A stretch of DNA of 64,000 bases from Promethearchaeota archaeon (GCA_014728035.1 WJMJ01000148.1:85228-149227); one strand, 5' to 3'. Shown: positions 38,330-48,811, counted from the stretch's first letter. Numbers and translations are program-made. Notes: generated by a model not told the origin, from the sequence alone.

Positions 38330-40843
38330 ATGGTAATTCAAGTACTACTTGTAGATGATGATTCGGATTTTCTAGAACTTACAAAAACTAATCTGGAAAA
38401 AATTTCTTCGGATCTTGAAATAACTACATGTACTACTGTTGATATTGGATTGGAACTTGTGCATTCGCAATATTTTGATTGTGTAGTGTCGGATTTCCAG
38501 ATGCCCGAAAAGGACGGCCTTGAATTCTTACAAGAATTGAGAGAGAAAGATATCAAAATCCCTTTCATAATCTTTACTGGACGAAGCAGAGAAGAAGTTG
38601 CCATCAAAGCACTAAATTTAGGAGCTTCTCAATATTTAACAAAAGGTGCTGATATCAAGAGTCAATTTCATCAATTGGAACATTCCATTAAACAATTAGT
38701 CCAACATAAAAGAACTGAGGAAAAATATGCAAAGCGAGAAGAAGAACTACATGAGTTTCTGAACAACACGCATATCGGGATAGAAATTATTGCTGAGGAG
38801 TCTAGTACTATTCTCTATGCTAATCATGGGATGGAAATTATCACTGGATATTCCCCTTCAGAATTAATAGAATTAACATTTGAAGAGCAAATAAAAATTA
38901 TACATCCTGAAGATAGAGAATTTCTTAGGAAAACAATCTTACAGCGAACCAAGGGTGAAAAGTCTCCGCCATATTACGAGATAAGATTAATACGAAAAAA
39001 CGAAGAAACAATCTGGGTTGCTATTACAACAATTCCAATTCAGTACAAGGGAAAATCAGCAATTCAGGTTGTGTTTCTAGATATTTCTCAACAAACATCA
39101 GGACAAGTTACTAGAACCAAAACAAAAGACAGAGTGATACTTGAAAAAATTAAAACTGGACTTTACATCTACGAACTTCGTGATGACGATCAGCTTGTCT
39201 TAATTGATGGAAATAATGCTGCCGGAGATATTACAGGAATATATCCTTCAGAATTCTTGGATGAGGAATTTCGTGAGATATGGCCAGAAACTGAAGAAGT
39301 TGGATTCTATCAGGCTATGATTAACGTGGTTAAAACTCACGAACCATATGAATCAGAGAGTTATGATTATCAGGACAATAGGGTTCAGGGATGCTATCGT
39401 ATTTTTGCATTTTATATACCACCTAAAATTCTCTGTGTTAGCTTCACAGATGTTACAGATCTGAAACAAATTCAAGAAGAATTGGAGAAAAATGAACGTA
39501 TTCTCGAAGCATTGTTTAAGATAACTAAACATCTCAACGAAACCTGTTTTTCCTTTACTGAACGAATGGAGAATGTTATTGAAAAGATAACTAAATCATT
39601 GCCAGAATATATGAATCCATCTTTGGAAATTACAATTGATTCTCAGAAATGGGGTAATTCTACAGAAGCCATGGAATGCATTCAGCAGTATCCAATCAAA
39701 ATTTTTGAAAAAGTAAGAGGAAATATGTCTCTTCATATCCCAAGAAAAATTGTTTCTGAAGTATCCCTATCAGAAGAAGATGATTCTATGCTCAAAACTA
39801 TCGTTGAACAGATAGGACAAACTCTTGCAAAACAAGAAACTAGAGCGGCTTTAGCTGAAGGAGAGAGAAAATACAGAACAGTTGTACAATCCATGGCAGA
39901 TTTGGTTCTTGTATTTGACAGTGAAAACAGACATCTTGAATATTTTCCGACAGACTCTGAATTAATCTTAACCGAACCAGAAGAATTTCTTGGTAAAACA
40001 ATCAGTGAAGTATTACCTGAGGAAATTGCCAAGGAATATGAGACCCGAGTTAAGCAAGCACGTGAAGGAAGAAAAAATATTGACTTCGAGTATTACTCAA
40101 TTAATCGAAGAGGGAAGGGAAGGTGGTTTCATGCGCTATTTACAAAACATGAGATAGAGGGTCAAGTACTCGTAGTAGTTAGAGAGATTAGCGAGAGAAA
40201 GAAACAAGAACAACTCGTTAAGAAACAGAAAACTGAACTAAGTAAGTTTGCTCATAGAATGCGGCATGATATAGTTGGAGTATTAAGTAATATCTATGGA
40301 TTTTTGGAGCTAATACGAAATGGTGAGATCGAACACATTGATTCTATCGAAAGATTAGTTGGTAGGTCGGAAAAGATACTTGAAAAATCGATAATTCTGG
40401 CAGATGCGGGGTTAATAATTGGGGAGAAAGAAGAAGTAGATTTTGAAACACTTATCAAGGATATAGCTAGTGAAGTTGTTCCGAAAACGATTCATGTTGA
40501 AGTAGAATGCATACCACATGTATATGGAGACCAAGAGAAATTAGCTCAAGTTACAATAAATATTTTGAGAAATGCTGTAACACATGGAGAACCATCCAGA
40601 ATATTCATCTTTCAAGAAATAGTAGATGGAAGACATGTTATCCGCTTTTGCAATGATGGAAAAGAGATACCCCCTCAAGAAATTATCAGGATTAAGGAGT
40701 TTGAAACAGCTTCGAAGCTACATGGAATAGGCCTTACAATCGTACAACGCATAATCGAAGCTCACAGATGGCAAATTACAATCTCAAGTTCAGAGGACAC
40801 CTGTTTCAGCATATGGATTCCTAATCAAGATATCGTAACATGA
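38330..40843 (+). CDS. Hybrid receiver-PAS histidine kinase
   Basis: VLLVDDD/SDFQMP/TK receiver; PAS motifs (IHPEDR, DVTD); RMRHDI H-box; NAVTHG, NDG, GIGL. Confidence 0.88.
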   Translation: MVIQVLLVDDDSDFLELTKTNLEKISSDLEITTCTTVDIGLELVHSQYFDCVVSDFQMPEKDGLEFLQELREKDIKIPFIIFTGRSREEVAIKALNLGASQYLTKGADIKSQFHQLEHSIKQLVQHKRTEEKYAKREEELHEFLNNTHIGIEIIAEESSTILYANHGMEIITGYSPSELIELTFEEQIKIIHPEDREFLRKTILQRTKGEKSPPYYEIRLIRKNEETIWVAITTIPIQYKGKSAIQVVFLDISQQTSGQVTRTKTKDRVILEKIKTGLYIYELRDDDQLVLIDGNNAAGDITGIYPSEFLDEEFREIWPETEEVGFYQAMINVVKTHEPYESESYDYQDNRVQGCYRIFAFYIPPKILCVSFTDVTDLKQIQEELEKNERILEALFKITKHLNETCFSFTERMENVIEKITKSLPEYMNPSLEITIDSQKWGNSTEAMECIQQYPIKIFEKVRGNMSLHIPRKIVSEVSLSEEDDSMLKTIVEQIGQTLAKQETRAALAEGERKYRTVVQSMADLVLVFDSENRHLEYFPTDSELILTEPEEFLGKTISEVLPEEIAKEYETRVKQAREGRKNIDFEYYSINRRGKGRWFHALFTKHEIEGQVLVVVREISERKKQEQLVKKQKTELSKFAHRMRHDIVGVLSNIYGFLELIRNGEIEHIDSIERLVGRSEKILEKSIILADAGLIIGEKEEVDFETLIKDIASEVVPKTIHVEVECIPHVYGDQEKLAQVTINILRNAVTHGEPSRIFIFQEIVDGRHVIRFCNDGKEIPPQEIIRIKEFETASKLHGIGLTIVQRIIEAHRWQITISSSEDTCFSIWIPNQDIVT

Positions 40844-41355
40844 TTTCATTCTTTCAGAAAACCCGAGTGAAACAAGCATATTTAGTATTCGATCTATATG
40901 TAAATTGAAAGATACAAAAATGCACCAGTTGTATTCCTAGTTGTTTATTGACTTATCTTTATGCCAATTATCTTTGCATATCAAGTATGGCTTTACAAAA
41001 ACATACGTTTCGGGAATATTATACTTCAAATTCCTATCCTTTTCAGAATAGCAATAGCGGAATCAATCCTCGGAGTCATGATGGGATTCATCTTGAGTTC
41101 AATTGCCCTTATTCTGCATGCCAAGTTAAGTGGACTCGAAAATGGAATACACGAAATATCAAGGCAAAAGGTATTCAGCAATATTTTCAAATTATTTTCT
41201 TCTAATTCTGGTTTCCACAAGTATTGTTCTTATTAGTTCTTTAAATTACAATTCAGATTAACTATTAGTTGACAGTCTCTGAAAAGGTAACAAGAGACAA
41301 CAAAGAAAGACTCTCAAAACCTTGAATGAAAAAGGAACGGCTTTAGATAGCCGTT

Positions 41356-42195
41356 TCAGTCTTCTGGTACAAATACACCACTCATAGGAGTTACTTCGAG
41401 ACCTTTCTCTCGTAGAGCTTTTACAAAAGGAGCTATTCCCACTGAATCCGATGACATATGTCCTGTTGCTATGAGGTTTCCAGCATTGTCCTCTTTTTTC
41501 AGCTCCTTTGCATCAGATGTGCCAAGGTGCATATAGAACACTGTTGAGAATCCTGCATTGAAGTATGCCATTGCTACTCCAGCTCCACCATTAGTCCCTC
41601 CAGCCATACCTACAGTCCATTTTCCAAGAAGATTAGAAGAGGATCCAACATAGACCACGGGTTCAGTCATTCCCAACTTCATCTCTGGCAGCTCCATCAT
41701 AGATTCAATAGCATCACTAACTCGAGGATTGTCAATTTTTTCAGTACCTTTCTTAATAGCTTCAGTAAATCGCCTTCGACAAATCAAGTCCAAAGGAAGA
41801 TGTATGTTCATGTAAGGGATATCAAGGAGTTTTGCTGCCGAGATATTATGATCATAATTACTTACGTGGGTTCGCATCTTAACAGCTTCAAGACGAGGTT
41901 GAATTGCTTTCTCTGCAATATGTGGAGAAATTCCTGCCTCTATCATTTGATCAATCTGTGTCTCCACAACTTTTTCAAAATTAATCCTTGAAGTGCCTCC
42001 TGGTGGATGATGTGCTATGACGAGATCGAAATTCAGTTCTTTTGCTAAGAGCATCTCTGGCAGTTGCATATCTATTCCGATTAATACATTCTTTATTTCT
42101 TTACCCGGATTATGAATACCCGAGTCACCTGGTATTTCATCTAGTCCAGCCATTTCAAGAGCCAAAGCCATTATTTCTTCAGTATCCATATTCAC
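41356..42195 (-). CDS. NIF3/YbgI-like dinuclear metal-binding protein
   Basis: GID, IAHHP, NIHLPLD, MH, GHMSSDSVG. Confidence 0.75.
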   Translation of the reverse strand: MNMDTEEIMALALEMAGLDEIPGDSGIHNPGKEIKNVLIGIDMQLPEMLLAKELNFDLVIAHHPPGGTSRINFEKVVETQIDQMIEAGISPHIAEKAIQPRLEAVKMRTHVSNYDHNISAAKLLDIPYMNIHLPLDLICRRRFTEAIKKGTEKIDNPRVSDAIESMMELPEMKLGMTEPVVYVGSSSNLLGKWTVGMAGGTNGGAGVAMAYFNAGFSTVFYMHLGTSDAKELKKEDNAGNLIATGHMSSDSVGIAPFVKALREKGLEVTPMSGVFVPED

Positions 42196-42367
42196 TCACT
42201 ATGAAATTGGGATACAATCTAGAATAAGAACACACCGAATTGAACACATTTGTCAATAGTTACAAAATATGGATAAGTAGGAACCTTTTTCTTACATTTC
42301 CTTATTTGATATCGTAGATGGTTTGCATCTTCTTTATCCTGCTAATCGTCTTTTGGAGTGAGTTACA

Positions 42368-42766
42368 ATGGAGAAAATCTACGTCATAAGCTGTAGCCAA
42401 GACCTAGCAAGTATCGGTATGGATAGAATAAGGACGGGTGTTGAGGGCCTTGAAGAAACCACCATATCTCTTGATTGGTCAAAGGTACGTTTTGTTCCAG
42501 TTGTGGCAAATGAGACCGTTTCATTCAGAGAAGATGAAACAAAATTAGTATCGATTCGACCTATCAAAGTCCCAGCAAATGCAATGGTTATTCAGTCAAT
42601 GTATGGCACAAATGGAATGGGCCACATCTCCTGTATTGGATCTACAGAGTTCAAAATGTATAATGAAGATAGAGTTGCAGACATGTCTATGTTTCAGTCA
42701 AGACTTAAAGCAAAAGTAATGAAAGATGACTTACTTGGCCAAGTCCTTGTTGTTCCTGCAAAATGA
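42368..42766 (+). CDS. DUF22-like archaeal protein
   Basis: PVVANE...VSIRPIKVPAN...GHI...KDDLLG pattern. Confidence 0.6.
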   Translation: MEKIYVISCSQDLASIGMDRIRTGVEGLEETTISLDWSKVRFVPVVANETVSFREDETKLVSIRPIKVPANAMVIQSMYGTNGMGHISCIGSTEFKMYNEDRVADMSMFQSRLKAKVMKDDLLGQVLVVPAK

Positions 42767-42801
42767 ATAATGCGCCGCCATAAAGGGCGGCCACATCAAA
42801 A

Positions 42802-43050
42802 TTATTTCACTCGTTTGATAAACCAAATCAGCTTATCGTCTTCTTCCCGCATCTCTATAATCTCATTGCCAGTGCGACTAGCCCATGAGGGGAAGTCTTT
42901 CTTTGTTCCGATATCAGTAGCGACTACTTTCAGAATCTCTCCAATATCTACTTTCTCGATCTCTTTCTTGGTTCGAAGAATTGGCATGGGACAGCGAAGT
43001 CCACTAGCGTCGAACTCCCTAGCGATCTGATGTTCAGTCATGGTAATCAC
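42802..43050 (-). CDS. tusA: TusA sulfur carrier
   Basis: DASGLRCPMPI, GEILKVVATD, DFPSW. Confidence 0.92.
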   Translation of the reverse strand: MITMTEHQIAREFDASGLRCPMPILRTKKEIEKVDIGEILKVVATDIGTKKDFPSWASRTGNEIIEMREEDDKLIWFIKRVK

Positions 43051-43228
43051 TCTTTCTTAACAATATTTACGTTTTAATGTTACGATAGTACCAAAACTAA
43101 AACTTACTGAAATGTTGGTTACACATAGTTAAATAATACAGACTGTAATGTTGTTTTACATACATTATTTTAACGTAAATGTTCTATTTCGTCATCTTTA
43201 TCAGTGGTTTTTACAATCGTTAAGCTAA

Positions 43229-43642
43229 TTGGTGAACACCATGGCAATATTGAAGCTATTACTATTCGTACTGTTCGCCTTGAACGTAAGCTCGATGTTC
43301 TCGGGATTTATGTTAGCGAGGAGGATGGGCTATTACCTGATGACTCAGGTCATGATGCTCATGTTTGCAATGCTTGTTGGAATAGGAGTGTTAGTAGTTG
43401 GATTATTCATTCCACCTGTAACTCCGGTGATGTTTGATCTATTACACTTTTTGATACTTGTTGATTTCATTCTTGTATTGCTAGCAACGATTTTGGAATT
43501 CGTTCAGATTCTACCGATTCTAATGAAGACGATGCAGGGAGGGCCAATCCATAGCTCTCATATCACGAATCTGATTGTTACAACCTTTCTAGCCCTTGCA
43601 ATGGTTCTATTCTACGTAGACATTGCATCAATAATACCATAG
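43229..43642 (+). CDS. Four-TM hypothetical membrane protein
   Basis: Four hydrophobic segments; GGTGA RBS before ATG 43241; upstream of the DsrE-like gene. Confidence 0.65.
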   Translation: MVNTMAILKLLLFVLFALNVSSMFSGFMLARRMGYYLMTQVMMLMFAMLVGIGVLVVGLFIPPVTPVMFDLLHFLILVDFILVLLATILEFVQILPILMKTMQGGPIHSSHITNLIVTTFLALAMVLFYVDIASIIP

Positions 43643-43655
43643 GAGATGAAAAAAC

Positions 43656-44018
43656 ATGCCAAGTTTATACATTGTAGGTCAATGGGGCCCAGAAGCTGCT
43701 GAACGCTGCTATGGTCCTTTCGTAACTGGAACCACAGCACAAGCGCAGGATGTTGAAGCAAACATCTTTTTGATGATGGATGCAGTCTATCTGATGAAAA
43801 AGGGTGTTGCAGAGAAAGTAAAAGCACCAGGATTCCCACCACTCCCAGAGCTCATAGATGCATTTCTTGAGATGGGTGGCAAAATTCAGGTATGCTCAAA
43901 CTCAGCAGAATTCAGAGGTTTAGAAGAGGAAGACTTACGTGACTCACGCATTGAGATAGCTGGCGCAGCAACAATGATAGATGACACGTTAAAACATGAT
44001 AGGACTCTGATATTCTAA
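43656..44018 (+). CDS. DsrE/DsrF-like family protein
   Basis: IFLMMDAVYL, QVCSNSAEFRG, IAGAA. Confidence 0.85.
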   Translation: MPSLYIVGQWGPEAAERCYGPFVTGTTAQAQDVEANIFLMMDAVYLMKKGVAEKVKAPGFPPLPELIDAFLEMGGKIQVCSNSAEFRGLEEEDLRDSRIEIAGAATMIDDTLKHDRTLIF

Positions 44019-44027
44019 CTCGAACTA

Positions 44028-44064
44028 CGTAGGGGAATAAAACCCCTACGCATCCATTTTCTTT
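44028..44064. terminator. Hairpin between convergent dsrE-like and dsrH genes
   Basis: CGTAGGGG-aataaaa-CCCCTACG with a T-tract on the plus strand. Confidence 0.6.
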
Positions 44065-44367
44065 TTACAATGACACAACGCGGTCAAATTGTTCCATAAT
44101 CAAGTCAACCATCTCAGAATAGTCAACAAGAGTTGGTTTAACGACCAGACGACCGCCAATTCCACGTTCTTCAACATGATGTTTTGATGCAAAAACTGTT
44201 AGACCAAGGTCTGTAACCTCACTAGAATGTGGGCAACCTTTGTCAATCATAAACACACCATCCTGCACCAACAGAAGTGCTACCTCATCACTGATTTTTT
44301 TGAGAGCTGCTGCTACTTCGTGAAGACTATTACATTCCCTAGACATCCAAATTAAATACTTCATCAT
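44065..44367 (-). CDS. dsrH: DsrH/TusB sulfur relay subunit
   Basis: LLLVQDGV, EERGI, VDYSEMVDLI. Confidence 0.88.
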   Translation of the reverse strand: MMKYLIWMSRECNSLHEVAAALKKISDEVALLLVQDGVFMIDKGCPHSSEVTDLGLTVFASKHHVEERGIGGRLVVKPTLVDYSEMVDLIMEQFDRVVSL

Positions 44368-44375
44368 CTCGCCTC

Positions 44376-44726
44376 CTAAAATGTCACTACAACCTCGTTA
44401 ACCTTGAATTGTTCAGCAACTTGATCTTCATCCAAAATCTCTACTTCTTCCATGAGTTCTTCTTTTGTGATTCCACGATCTTCAAGCGATTTCTTACTAG
44501 CACAAATTCTTCCGTCGAATGAAAGGTAGGTCATTTTGAACATTTTTACATGCATAATATCCATTGTTTTCAATAAAGCATACACACCATCACCCATGAA
44601 AAGCATAGTAGGCTCATGATCCATTCCAAACATTCCTACTGAGGCTCGCCACCCCTCGAAATTAATGATTTTACCAAAAGGCCGAGTGTTAATCAAAAGT
44701 AATACAGGTCTCTCTTCAAATTCCAT
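44376..44726 (-). CDS. dsrF: DsrF/TusC sulfur relay subunit
   Basis: RPFG, EGWR, FMGDGVYAL, SLEDRGI; middle gene of the EFH operon. Confidence 0.85.
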   Translation of the reverse strand: MEFEERPVLLLINTRPFGKIINFEGWRASVGMFGMDHEPTMLFMGDGVYALLKTMDIMHVKMFKMTYLSFDGRICASKKSLEDRGITKEELMEEVEILDEDQVAEQFKVNEVVVTF

Positions 44727-44737
44727 TCTGATACCTC

Positions 44738-45103
44738 CTAAATTGAAAATGATATGAATCGATCACACTCACCAACGATCTCAGCAAACTCTGTAAGACC
44801 TGATACTTCAATACCATCAACAAAATCGCTACCTCGTTGGTCAAACCCTCTAGCAGAAGTACAAAGCCCACAAGCCTGAAATTCTACTCCTTCGTTTGCA
44901 AGTTCCATTAATTTATCATTCATTGCTCTGTCAGGATCAGGTTCTTGACCCAACTTCGCATTATTCACTCCGTCAACGAAGAGAAATACTTTCACAACGT
45001 ATCCCTTGTCAACTGCTGCTCGCACTAAATCGTAGAACGTGTGACTATTCTCGTACGTATATGGCGAGGACATTAGTAGAATTCCTAGAATCTTTTTCTC
45101 CAC
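44738..45103 (-). CDS. dsrE: DsrE/TusD sulfur relay subunit
   Basis: SSPY, FLFVDGV, ACGLCTSARG (active Cys), SGLTEF. Confidence 0.88.
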   Translation of the reverse strand: MEKKILGILLMSSPYTYENSHTFYDLVRAAVDKGYVVKVFLFVDGVNNAKLGQEPDPDRAMNDKLMELANEGVEFQACGLCTSARGFDQRGSDFVDGIEVSGLTEFAEIVGECDRFISFSI

Positions 45104-45308
45104 CTGAACAACTCTCCAAATTAGATTATCATTTCTTAGGGAAATGGGTTAAAAAATGTAAGGAATCGGATATAATTTGATTGACAACTATAGATTTTAA
45201 ACAAAAAATGCAACACAATATAGTGAACTTGTCAAACAATATGTGCAAAAAAACACAAGCATGATTATCAATGCGGATTGAATTATCATATATGGTTATA
45301 TTTGAGGG

Positions 45309-47528
45309 ATGATAATGTACCCAATAAAAAAAGTTGGTTTGGTTATAGTTCTCATTTCATTGCTAGGATGTTCAACTATACCCACACCTGGAAGGGGCTG
45401 GACAATCGATGATATACAAGGACCTTGTGTTGACCAGGTTATCTTTCATGTAGCTGATGAAGATGAGAGAGTTAACGGATTACTGAATGGCACATTCGAT
45501 ATTATCTGTGATGTATCACAAAGATACAGCGCTGAACTTGCTGCACATGAATCTATAGAAGTTGAATCAGTGTTGGAAAATGGCTACAGTTCAATTTTCA
45601 TAAATTGTGATTGGTATCCGTTAAATTTTTCTGCAATCCGAAAAGCGGTAGCTCTGACCATAAGCAAACAGGATATTTGTACAGAAATATACAACACCAC
45701 TGTAAGACCACTAGATACTATCCTCCCTCAACAACATGTCTACTCAGCAGAGGGTCTTTTTGAATCGATGTATCATTCGGAACTCAATGAAGCAAACGCC
45801 CTCCTTAACGATGCAGGATTTCTTGATGTAGATAATGATACTTATCGTGAAAACCCACTTGGTCAACCACTAGAAATCATATTTGCTGTGAGGAATGACC
45901 CTGTCAGTATAAAAATTGGTGAATGCATTGTTTCGAGTCTGGAAGAATTGGGTCTCCAGATAATATTATCAATTCGTGAAATCCTACCATGGGATCCCAC
46001 TCCTCTCATCTATCCTTACAGAGAATGGCAATTGGCATTAGATCATGTCAGTATCGAATCTGATGACATAAGATGGATTGCTTATGAGTTTTGGTCTGAA
46101 TATGCGGATGAAGCAGATTATAACATACCGAAGTACAGAAGTGCTCAATTCGACTCGTGGAGAAACCAACTTCTGAAAGGACACTCACATGAAGAAGTTA
46201 AGGAGGCAATAACTGCTATGCAGAGAATTCTCTTTGATGACTGTCCACTGGTTCCTCTGTGCCAGGAGTATACTATTTCTGCGTATCGCACAGACCGATT
46301 CACAGGATTCAAAGAGTATGACTTTTCCGAAATCCTCCATAGATGGAATCTTCAACATATTAGACAAAAGAGAGGAGATTCATTGTCAGGAGTGCTTCAC
46401 TGCGGAGTGCCCTACATCCCAGACTACTCACAAACAGATACAGAGCTATATAATTTCAATGATAGAATCTTTGGATATTATGATGATATGTTCTTTGATA
46501 GTCTACTGGTTGAAAATGCAGAAGGGGGATTGAATCCCTGGTTATGTGAATCATATACCAAAGAAACTCACGATGATGACCCATCAGTCGTTGAGGGGAA
46601 TTGCAGGTACACTTTTAAACTGTTAAACAATGTGACTTGGAATGATGGAACCCCCTTAACTGCATTTGATATTATTTCTACATTTGTCCAATATCGTAAT
46701 TCAACAAGATTTGAATACTCCCTTGCAAAGTCAATTTCCTCGGTCTATTCTCTTGATGACTTCACAGTTGTTGTGGAAATTGCTACCGAATCCTACCTCT
46801 CTTTCAAGAACATCATTGAATGTAAGATTCTTTCTAAAGCAGTCCTTGAATATAATAATGATACAGGATGGGATAACTGGTATCCTCATTTGGGTGATCT
46901 GCCTGACCAGTTGTGGGAAGCATCGGGTCCATTCACTGTTGAGGAGTATCTTGATAATGAAAAGATGACTGTAGCGAAGAACCAAGAATACTTTCGTTCT
47001 GTTGATACAAGCAGGCTCCCATATATTTCTGGAGTAGATAACATCACGATATCATCTGGAACCATCCATGAATTACAGTGGGATGTGCAATCTTCAAAAC
47101 CGCACTCTATTGAGATATATCGGAATGATACGCTCTATTACACTTCCGAGGGAGATGGTAGTGAGTTTATGTTACAGATTAATGAATCAGAAGAGTGTTG
47201 TGTGATGTACACAGCATATATCATTGATAATGAGGGATTTTGTGGATCACATACAATACATGTAACCGTTTTGCCACATTTCGAAATGGCTATTCATGAC
47301 TTTTTTATAAATCCAATTAGCTTATTATTTACGTTAGTTGGTTCTTCTGTTATGATATTTTATGGTGCACGGATTATCCATTATAAGAGAACAAAAGGTA
47401 CACACACCCGTGGAAAATCAGAAAAAAATAACCTGAATGAACTTCCAAAAACGATAGAACTGTCAATACTGGTATTGTGTGTAACCAATTCCAATCGAAT
47501 TCTTAGAAGTCGAATACTTAAATCGTAG
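45309..47528 (+). CDS. OppA/DppA-like (family 5) solute-binding protein, circularly permuted, with Ig-like domain and C-terminal TM
   Basis: IRKAVAL and MQRILFDDCPLVPL occur before FDSLL...PWLCES...YTFKL...WNDGTPLTAFD...GPF. Confidence 0.8.
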   Translation: MIMYPIKKVGLVIVLISLLGCSTIPTPGRGWTIDDIQGPCVDQVIFHVADEDERVNGLLNGTFDIICDVSQRYSAELAAHESIEVESVLENGYSSIFINCDWYPLNFSAIRKAVALTISKQDICTEIYNTTVRPLDTILPQQHVYSAEGLFESMYHSELNEANALLNDAGFLDVDNDTYRENPLGQPLEIIFAVRNDPVSIKIGECIVSSLEELGLQIILSIREILPWDPTPLIYPYREWQLALDHVSIESDDIRWIAYEFWSEYADEADYNIPKYRSAQFDSWRNQLLKGHSHEEVKEAITAMQRILFDDCPLVPLCQEYTISAYRTDRFTGFKEYDFSEILHRWNLQHIRQKRGDSLSGVLHCGVPYIPDYSQTDTELYNFNDRIFGYYDDMFFDSLLVENAEGGLNPWLCESYTKETHDDDPSVVEGNCRYTFKLLNNVTWNDGTPLTAFDIISTFVQYRNSTRFEYSLAKSISSVYSLDDFTVVVEIATESYLSFKNIIECKILSKAVLEYNNDTGWDNWYPHLGDLPDQLWEASGPFTVEEYLDNEKMTVAKNQEYFRSVDTSRLPYISGVDNITISSGTIHELQWDVQSSKPHSIEIYRNDTLYYTSEGDGSEFMLQINESEECCVMYTAYIIDNEGFCGSHTIHVTVLPHFEMAIHDFFINPISLLFTLVGSSVMIFYGARIIHYKRTKGTHTRGKSEKNNLNELPKTIELSILVLCVTNSNRILRSRILKS

Positions 47529-47669
47529 TTCAGTGTGTATCATACTTTTTAATGGAAAACAATGAAGATAGAGAAGCTATAAATCTATCCGATAGTAATC
47601 CTTGTTTAGTTGCTAGACAACATTGAATAAGGGGTAATACTGGCAACAAATACCGAAGAAAATGGAGAT

Positions 47670-48746
47670 ATGATGATGAGTGAGATTGTTCTGAAATTCC
47701 AAAAAAAGGATAATACTGAGAGTGAACTTGTTTTTGAGCCAGATGATGATGTGTTTGATTTGTCAAAACAAGGTATCATCAGTATCGATTTGAGCCCTCT
47801 AAAAAATGCTGAAGCAATTAAGGAGCTTAATCTTGGAGCAAATAAAATTGAAGAAATAGACCTTAGTCCACTCACAGGTTTAGAAACCCTTGAGGTACTT
47901 AACCTGTTCAAGAATAAACTGGTTGAAATCAATCTCACTCCATTAGAAAGCTGTGTAAACCTGTTGGAACTAAATCTCGGTCAAAATGAAATCCAAGAAA
48001 TCGATCTGACTCCACTAGCTAGTTGTTCACAACTAACTAGACTCCGTTTATTCTCAAACCAAATCGAGTACATAGATATCACTGCTTTGGCTGATTGTGA
48101 AAAACTGGAAGCCTTAGAATTAGAGAATAATGGATTTTCAGAGATAGATTTACGACCACTTGCGGGTTGTCCAAATCTTGTTCAATTAAACCTCATGTAC
48201 AATGCGCTTGCTGAACTTGATCTCACTCACTTAAAGCGTTGCAAAGAACTGAAATTCCTTTATCTTCATCATAATACATTGACTTCGATAGATCTTACTC
48301 CCTTAGAAAATTGTACAAAATTGAAAATACTACGGCTTGGAAGCAACGAGCTAGAATCAATAGACCTTGGCCCACTTTCAAAATGTATCAGATTGCGGCG
48401 ACTTGGCCTTGCAATGAATCAATTAGAATTTATCAGTCTAGAACCTCTATCCACATGCACCCGATTACGCAGTTTGGACATTGCAGGAAATAGTATTGAT
48501 GAGATCGATTTAAGTCCCTTAGGAAAATGTGTTGAGCTGGAAGAGCTATATCTATTCAGTGATCATCCAGAAGAGAACACCTTCGATACAATTGATTTAA
48601 CACAGTTATTTAACTGTCCAGAATTAGAAGATTTAGGCCTGCCAATAGATGCTGAGCTGGTTGCAAAAGAATCTAAGAAACGACAAAAGGATAAGCCAAT
48701 AGCTCTCGAAGATTTGATTGAAGAGAGAAGAATAACTTGGATATAG
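47670..48746 (+). CDS. Leucine-rich repeat protein (22-aa repeats)
   Basis: About 12-13 repeats of IDLxPLxxCxxLxxLxLxxNxLxx. Confidence 0.92.
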   Translation: MMMSEIVLKFQKKDNTESELVFEPDDDVFDLSKQGIISIDLSPLKNAEAIKELNLGANKIEEIDLSPLTGLETLEVLNLFKNKLVEINLTPLESCVNLLELNLGQNEIQEIDLTPLASCSQLTRLRLFSNQIEYIDITALADCEKLEALELENNGFSEIDLRPLAGCPNLVQLNLMYNALAELDLTHLKRCKELKFLYLHHNTLTSIDLTPLENCTKLKILRLGSNELESIDLGPLSKCIRLRRLGLAMNQLEFISLEPLSTCTRLRSLDIAGNSIDEIDLSPLGKCVELEELYLFSDHPEENTFDTIDLTQLFNCPELEDLGLPIDAELVAKESKKRQKDKPIALEDLIEERRITWI

Positions 48747-48811
48747 TCTATTAGATTAAGAAGCGAAGTGGTTATATTTCCCAGTGGTAACTTAGCAAAT
48801 GGTGTACGTAG

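Noticed and set aside
40904-41236. Membrane-protein-like frame interrupted by TGA at 40949
   Set aside because: Preceded by TAA with no proper start; at best a gene remnant, and not supportable
44065-45103. Dissimilatory sulfite reduction or oxidation inferred from dsrEFH
   Set aside because: No dsrAB, dsrC or dsrMK in the window; DsrEFH-like proteins are general sulfur carriers
47670-48746. 66-bp periodicity as a CRISPR array or DNA repeat
   Set aside because: Explained by protein LRR repeats; no identical repeats with unique spacers and no cas genes
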